DNA from: Somniosus microcephalus
Lineage: Eukaryota
DNA: 64,000 nt
NCBI GenBank assembly: GCA_052327205.1
Contig: CM126209.1
Coordinates: forward strand, 175,026,001-175,090,000
Direction of reading: 5' to 3'
The notes beneath the pieces are model-generated. The model was not told the origin of the DNA and did not search any database. It saw nothing but the letters and a program-made list of their open reading frames with translations. Shown here piece by piece: positions 57,852 to 64,000 of the stretch (the first letter of the stretch is position 1; each line of letters starts with the position of its first letter). The translations under genes and the position numbers were made by a program.

Positions 57852-59475
57852 TGTAAGTTGCAGGGTTCTTAAAATTCTGACACTCCCCAAGTTATGGATC
57901 AAGGGACCCTGTTTTGGATAAGTTATTGAAAACAGGGTACCCAAAATGGCTTCTGTAAACCTCGTGACCAAAATTGACAGGATTTTGAAAAGCAAGGCTC
58001 TGCCAACAAGCAGGCCCGGAGACGAAACATTAAAATGCAGGAATCCATGAACAAAGACTCTTTGGAGCCCAGCCAGACAAAGTAAACACAGAATACACAT
58101 TTATTTGACTCGAATCAAATCAAATTAGAATGGGCCCATAATTGTGGCCATTAGCTTTCTGCATGTTTAATGCTTTCTGCATGTTTAATCGATAACAGCT
58201 CACAGTAGCCATCAAGGTAGGATGGGGACAATCAAGTCTTATCCATGACAAAGCAACCAGGACATCGGGGCCATTAGACCCGGAGATAACCACTCCTAAA
58301 GTAGTTAAAATAAATGGTTGTAATCATTTAAAACAGCCCGCCAAACGTTAAACAATGGACTGACCTGATTTGGCGCGCAGATAAGGAGTTGGAGAAACGG
58401 GTATAATTGGAGGCCCATCAGTAGCAATCGCTCTCTTACTCTTGCTCTTGACTTTGACTCTTGCCAGTGGCCTTGGGCTGCTGCTGTTCGTACTCGCGCC
58501 CTGGCCTCATGGCGGGCTCCCTTCTCGCTCCCCGCAATGCCCAACAACCGAGGATGCCCATTACACCGGGGCCAAACGCGGGAGGAGAACGAGACCCGAG
58601 TTCAATACCACACCAGACACACACGCCACAAAGGGGCGAGACGAGATGAAGAAGAAGGTAACCGATAAAAGCAGAGAAGGGCAGCGAAAGACGAATTGGT
58701 AAAAAACCAAATGCCTAGTTATAAGCTGGCGTTTGGGGAAGAAATTAGCAGTGTATGTATGGACAGTGAGAATAAGTTGGCATTTGAACACTGCGAATAA
58801 GCTGGCGTTAGACGCGGGTGTCAATGCCACAATGAATATACTGGCGTTCAAAGCTTGGGTAGTAAAATCAAGTAAGCAGTGAAGACTGCCAACCGACCCC
58901 CAACCGCAATATTACCGCCGATGACCGCCCGAGGGAGAAGAAGAAGAAAACCCATCGCAACGAGATGACGATGGTAGCTGAGGAGAGGGAAGGTGTGTCG
59001 CAGCAACAACTTCAGCGCCGCGCCGAGACCACGTGGCGACGGGGTACCCCAAAGAACAGCAGAAACAGACCTCAAAACTCACAACTGTTAAGCAACCGGT
59101 TTTGGATTGGTGAGCATGAATTCCTGGCCCCTCATAGCTTAATCTAGTTAGGTATAGGGGTGGGATAAGGATAAGGGGATTGTTAATGTAGTTGTTTTTC
59201 CCTCGATGTGCCGTGTGTTCCCCATTCCCATATAAGTATAACTGTTTATGCCTGTATTTTTCATACCAGTAATTTTCCATAAGATTGTTGTATTCTGTTT
59301 TTAATAAAATCTTGGTTTTCTTATACCAAACCACTTGTCTACTCGATTTTCTGCATCGCCGCCTGTACCTAAGTCCGGTGTCTAGAACCCAGGGGTGTGG
59401 GAGCCATTCGAACTGCTCAAGGGACAGTCAGAGGCGAAGCTGACTGGGCGCACGCGCCACATGCCACCCCCTACA
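57852..59475 (+). mobile_element. Long solo LTR (1624 bp; Gypsy- or ERV-type)
   Basis: TGTA...TACA termini; 4-bp TSD CCTG (57848-57851, 59476-59479); TATAAT at ~58403, AATAAA at ~59304; CpG-rich relative to flanks. Confidence 0.78.
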
Positions 59476-60115
59476 CCTGCTATAGCCATTTCTTTCAGAA
59501 GAGAGGACACACTAGAGTGCCTCAAGTATATCCAATCAACATAATTAGATCTCCTTTACCATCTCAGAGACCAATCAGGTCTAAGTTTGATGAGGAATAT
59601 TTTATCCAGCCTTTTCTGAGATTTATGAAAGTTAACAAAAATTTCCCAGCAGAGAACTGAACCACAATTACTCTCCACCCCACCCCCCGCCTCCCCCACA
59701 CAAAAGGTAATCCCACTTGGCCTTCAGCAGACCAATGAAGGAGATCATATTCTAGGAAGTGGCTACTCCAGTGTGTCCTCGTTACCTATTGTCATAATAC
59801 TGGCCTGTAGAGATACTTACCTATTAAAAATATTTCGCAAAACGTTAACCAAGCTTCATAACTGACTTCTACTTGACACATGCTGGGTTCCTTTCACAGA
59901 TGATGCCATTCCTCAGGCTCAAAGGTACATATGTATTTGAATACAGTTTGACATTCCAGCAATCTTCCACATTCCTATTCATTTGAACTCAGCAGAGGCC
60001 ATTGCCAAGTAAGGCTGGTGGGCTCCACTCTTGGGAGGGATAGTCAGTTTTGGCTCAAAGCTAACACTGCAGTCAGGCTTAAAAAACAGAAACACATGCA
60101 CCAAAAAGACATCAG

Positions 60116-60850
60116 GGGCTAGAAATTCCGGGCGCTAACTTTGAAAAGTAGAAAAAGTAGCACCAGGCGCTAATGATTCTCTCCTGCCAGGAAGTTCAGC
60201 TTTAGCACTCCAAGAGGGAAGTGGAGCACTAAATCAAGCACTAACCACTTCTCTTAGGACGCTAAAGTCAGAGAGCGGGGCGTTAGAGGCAGAGCACTGA
60301 ACAAGTTGGAGTGCGTCAGAGGCTGCTGCCCTTGATTAAAGGGAAGGGCCAATGATGGTGCACTACCTACTAGTCAGCAGTTCTGTGTTGCAAGGCGACC
60401 TGCGCGACTGCCATTACAGCCCCAAACACTCTCACAAAGTGGAGGGCTCGGACATCTTGCAGCAATTAAACATCAAAAACTTTGAGCAGGCACCAGACTG
60501 GTGCAAATAATAAAGGTTGGCCTACCTGAAAACCATTCCCTTTAATTAGCACTCCCCAAGCGGCCAGTCGAGTTGACAACGCCCCCTCTTCCTGCTATTG
60601 TTCACACCCGGCGATACAGCAGGGGGCAGGATGCAATTTCACACCTGGGGCGATAATGGGGTGCTGTGCACTTTATGATGTCACAATCTGCGAGGCGCTA
60701 GAGGCCCAGGGGATAAGAGTTAGCGCCATCGCTAAACCAGCACTGAAGTTCGCGGGCAACGCTGCATTCGCTGCGCCCGGTCGTTAACCCCTCAGTGCCC
60801 CATTAGCACCCCCCCCCCCCGCAGGTGCTAACCAACTGAATTTCTCCCCC
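60116..60850. mobile_element. Harbinger-type MITE related to the autonomous element's ends
   Basis: TIRs GGGCTAGAAATT / AATTTCTCCCCC; TSD CAG; repeated TTAGCRCC / GGYGCTAA motifs. Confidence 0.75.
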
Positions 60851-62684
60851 CAGGGCTTTTGGAAACAGGACACTGCACAGCCAGGCTACAAGAGGCAGGG
60901 GGCTGCAGGGAGCATGGTTCTACCCTGGGCTGTAAGACAGGATGAAGAGTGATTATTCAGTTTAAATAAGTAAGATGATCCACTGAAATGGCATAACATT
61001 GTGTGTTCTTTATCTTGCATCATTACATGAATATAAGTTGTACTGATTACCTAATCAACTGATCATATCTGTTGCTCTGTACGTTTCACCTTACTGTGGA
61101 ATAAAGCAGCTTATAATTCAAACCAAACTTCACCTCATTTGGTGTTAACCATTTTCAGAGAGATACAAATGTAAAAGACATGAATATCCGGTCCAGATCA
61201 CAAAGGGATGCTATTGTTACATTCTTCGGATATGCTATCATACAACTGGATATAGGACAGTGTGAGTGAATTCCTAGAAAAGTAAGCTGCTCAGACTGCT
61301 TAAGTGTGCGACTGATGCCATTGAATTCAACAAGTAGTCTAAGGCAGACATTCATTTATAACACTTATAAAGTTTGAAAGTTTAGAAGCAGTCATAAGAG
61401 GTTTTTTCTTATTAGATGCTAAGTTCCTTTTGAAAATCAGCACGGAGGGGATTATCTATTCATGTGTTTGCGATTAGTAGCTTAATTACCATGGAGGATT
61501 GAATGACATTATCAAAGTGTACACTGAAACAGGCAGAAAAAAAAGATATGAATTCTACAACATATGTTTTCATTAACAGAATACGTGGGGATAATTGCTT
61601 TGGTGAGTTATTGTAGACTGGATATATCATATGAGCCAATGATGCCTTTCATGCTCAAGTACAACAGTCTGCTTCTTGTTTCTCAAGTTCAGTGAATGTA
61701 TTGTAAAGACTTTACATTCATTTACTTACTGATAGTGTATATTTTGCTTCCGTGGCATTTCCAGAAGTGCACACTGACACAATGACGCTGTTGACTTGGT
61801 TGAGTATACTTGAGTAGGAGTGTTGCACCCTTCAAGATCAAGGCATTTTGTTTATCTTGAGCATCGAGATGGGGAATAGTTCACAAGGGCATTTAGGACA
61901 TAACCTATCTTGTCCATGTATACAGTCGAGTTTGGACACTGTTTAATTGAATCAAATAATAAATTATGGTTGTAAATTCAACTTAGAAACTTCAATCCAA
62001 GTTCACATTTATCAGAAAGTGTATGGCTATCTATAGTGTCACACTATACTCCAGTCCTTTATGATTATTTGTGGTGACTCAATCAAAAAAGTTATTCTAA
62101 ATAAGCAAATTGAACTCAGAAAAATGAACTTCCAGGTGAGGCTTTTAATATTTTTTTAATTTCCAACGTTTTCTTGCAATGAAAAGCAAAATTGCTGGCA
62201 ATTGGGGTTCTTCCCCACTCAGTTCCAAATAACTGCAAGCAAATGCCCTAACGTGTATAGGATGACCCTGGCTAGACAAACAACAGGAAGCTCAATTGCA
62301 GTATACTGGTAAGTGGCATGACTTTAGATGGTAAGTGGTAAATTTTAGTGGGAGGTGGGATCAGTGCTGGAGGGGGCTGGGCGAATGGCAAGCTTGCATG
62401 CCTGGAAAGATTTTAGCTCCTGGGATTCATTTTAATATGAAAGGTCATACTCCTGCCCGAACCTGGCTGGAATTAGTACCTGGCCAGCAGGTACGAGTGG
62501 GATTTCGAGAAGCAAGAAGCTGCTGCCAAGGAGTCGATAGAACAGTCTCCAGTACTAATGCAAGTTGTAAAGTTCTGAAGGCAATCACAGTTAGAAGAGG
62601 GGGAAGCCTGGTTAGGAGAAGGCACAAGGTGCCCTTATGGTGCCCAAAAGGTGCACTCCTTCTTCTCATGGCTTAAAGAAGATG

Positions 62685-63085
62685 AAAGAAAGAACTTGCA
62701 TTTATATAGCTCCTTTCACAACCTCAAGACATCTCAATGCACTTTACAGCCAATGCAGTACTTTGAAATGTAGTTACTATTGTAATGTAGGGAAATGCAA
62801 CAGCCAATTTATGCACAGAAATGTCTCACAAACAGCAATAAGATAATGACCAGAAAATCTGGGGGGGGGGGTTTAGTGATTTTTGGTTGAGGGATAAATA
62901 TTGGCCAGGAACTCCACTGCTCTTCTTCAAAATAGTGCCTTGGGATCTTTTGCATCCATCTGAGGGGGCAGACAGGGTTTTGCTTTAATATTTCATCTGA
63001 AAGATGGCACTTCAAACAGTGCAGCACTCCCTTAGTACTGCACTGAAGTGTCAGCCTGGATTATATGCTCAAATCTCTGGCGTGG
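62685..63085 (-). mobile_element. Deu-type SINE (head truncated)
   Basis: Colinear with 7665-7984 plus 8761-8820. Confidence 0.8.
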
Positions 63086-63829
63086 GTTTACAAGGAAACC
63101 TTAAAAAAAAATAAACTTTCCTGGGTCTCTTTTGGCCCTCAATCCAGCTCCCAGCAGGTTTAGCCTGGGGAGGATGCAACCACTGCTCCGGCCTCAGGGT
63201 AATGTGGCAGTTAGGCCCCGATGATGCCATTGGAGCCCGACCTGTATATTTAAAGGACCGCACCAGCTTTGGACGAATGACTTGCCGTCTGCAATTTAAA
63301 ATTGCAGTCAGACAGATCGGGGCAGGAAGCCAGTAGGTAAGTGCTCCGCTCCATTTTAACTGCCCTTCGCCCATTTTCCATCCTAAACACCGAGCAGTAG
63401 CTTTGCGCACACTTTGGCTTCCTTGGCTCTTACCAGTCTGCGACTAAACTCTGTGGGCTTGGGTAAGTGTGGTGTATTTCTATCAGGAGACAGAAACTCT
63501 ACCTGTGTGCATTTGTCAGTAACTGGCTTGGAAACTCTTAAGTATGGTGAATGGTCTTTGCACATCAAATATCCAGGTGATAAAAAAAATCACAGCTGTG
63601 TGACTACAGATGGTTCGTATCTGTGTAATATTATCTAATTAAATGCTGTTAAATTTACACACAAACAAATTGCTGTTGTAGCCTGTTACCAGTTCTCATT
63701 TTGCTCCCAGTGCAGCCAATAGGATATAACCAATCTAGTTCTACCTAGTTTCTGTCTTGGTGTTTTACACATAGCATATCATTTTCTCTTTTTTTTATTT
63801 TCTCTTTTTTTTAAAAATATAAATATACA

Positions 63830-64000
63830 TACACCATTCCTACCATCACACTGCTGTCCTACTGTTACCTCCATTCCACTGCTATCCACACCATGACACA
63901 CTATTCAAACTCTGCCTCCACAACCATCCCCACCATTAGACACTCTCAACATTGCCTCTATACCACCACCATCACACACGGCTCAATGCTGCCCCTATAC
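63830..64000. repeat. Low-complexity CA-rich degenerate tandem repeat
   Basis: Recurring ACCATCACAC/TGCT units of about 35 bp; continues past the window edge. Confidence 0.45.

Overview
Eukaryotic, repeat-dense intergenic or intronic DNA with no recognisable host protein-coding exon. The repeat mix (CR1 LINE 3' ends, Deu-type tRNA SINEs, Penelope ends, many PIF/Harbinger families) points to a vertebrate, most likely a cartilaginous fish; this is an inference. The centre is a Ty3/Gypsy LTR retrotransposon (27957-40117, TSD GGCAC) with a 2719-bp internal tandem duplication of leader-gag-PR-RT. Its 3' LTR is split by an apparently intact autonomous Harbinger transposon (35685-40011; DDE transposase plus a convergent 3-exon Myb/SANT gene). 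Three copies of a transposase-less, Myb/SANT-only Harbinger family lie at 2982, 12893 and 51028, alongside many Harbinger deletion derivatives and MITEs. The left end is a stack of nested elements, including a Gypsy whose primer-binding position is complementary to its own LTR rather than to a tRNA (possible self-priming). Also present are three solo LTRs, a Penelope end with a minimal hammerhead ribozyme, and Tx1-, Vingi- and CR1-like LINE fragments. All alignments and counts were done by eye.
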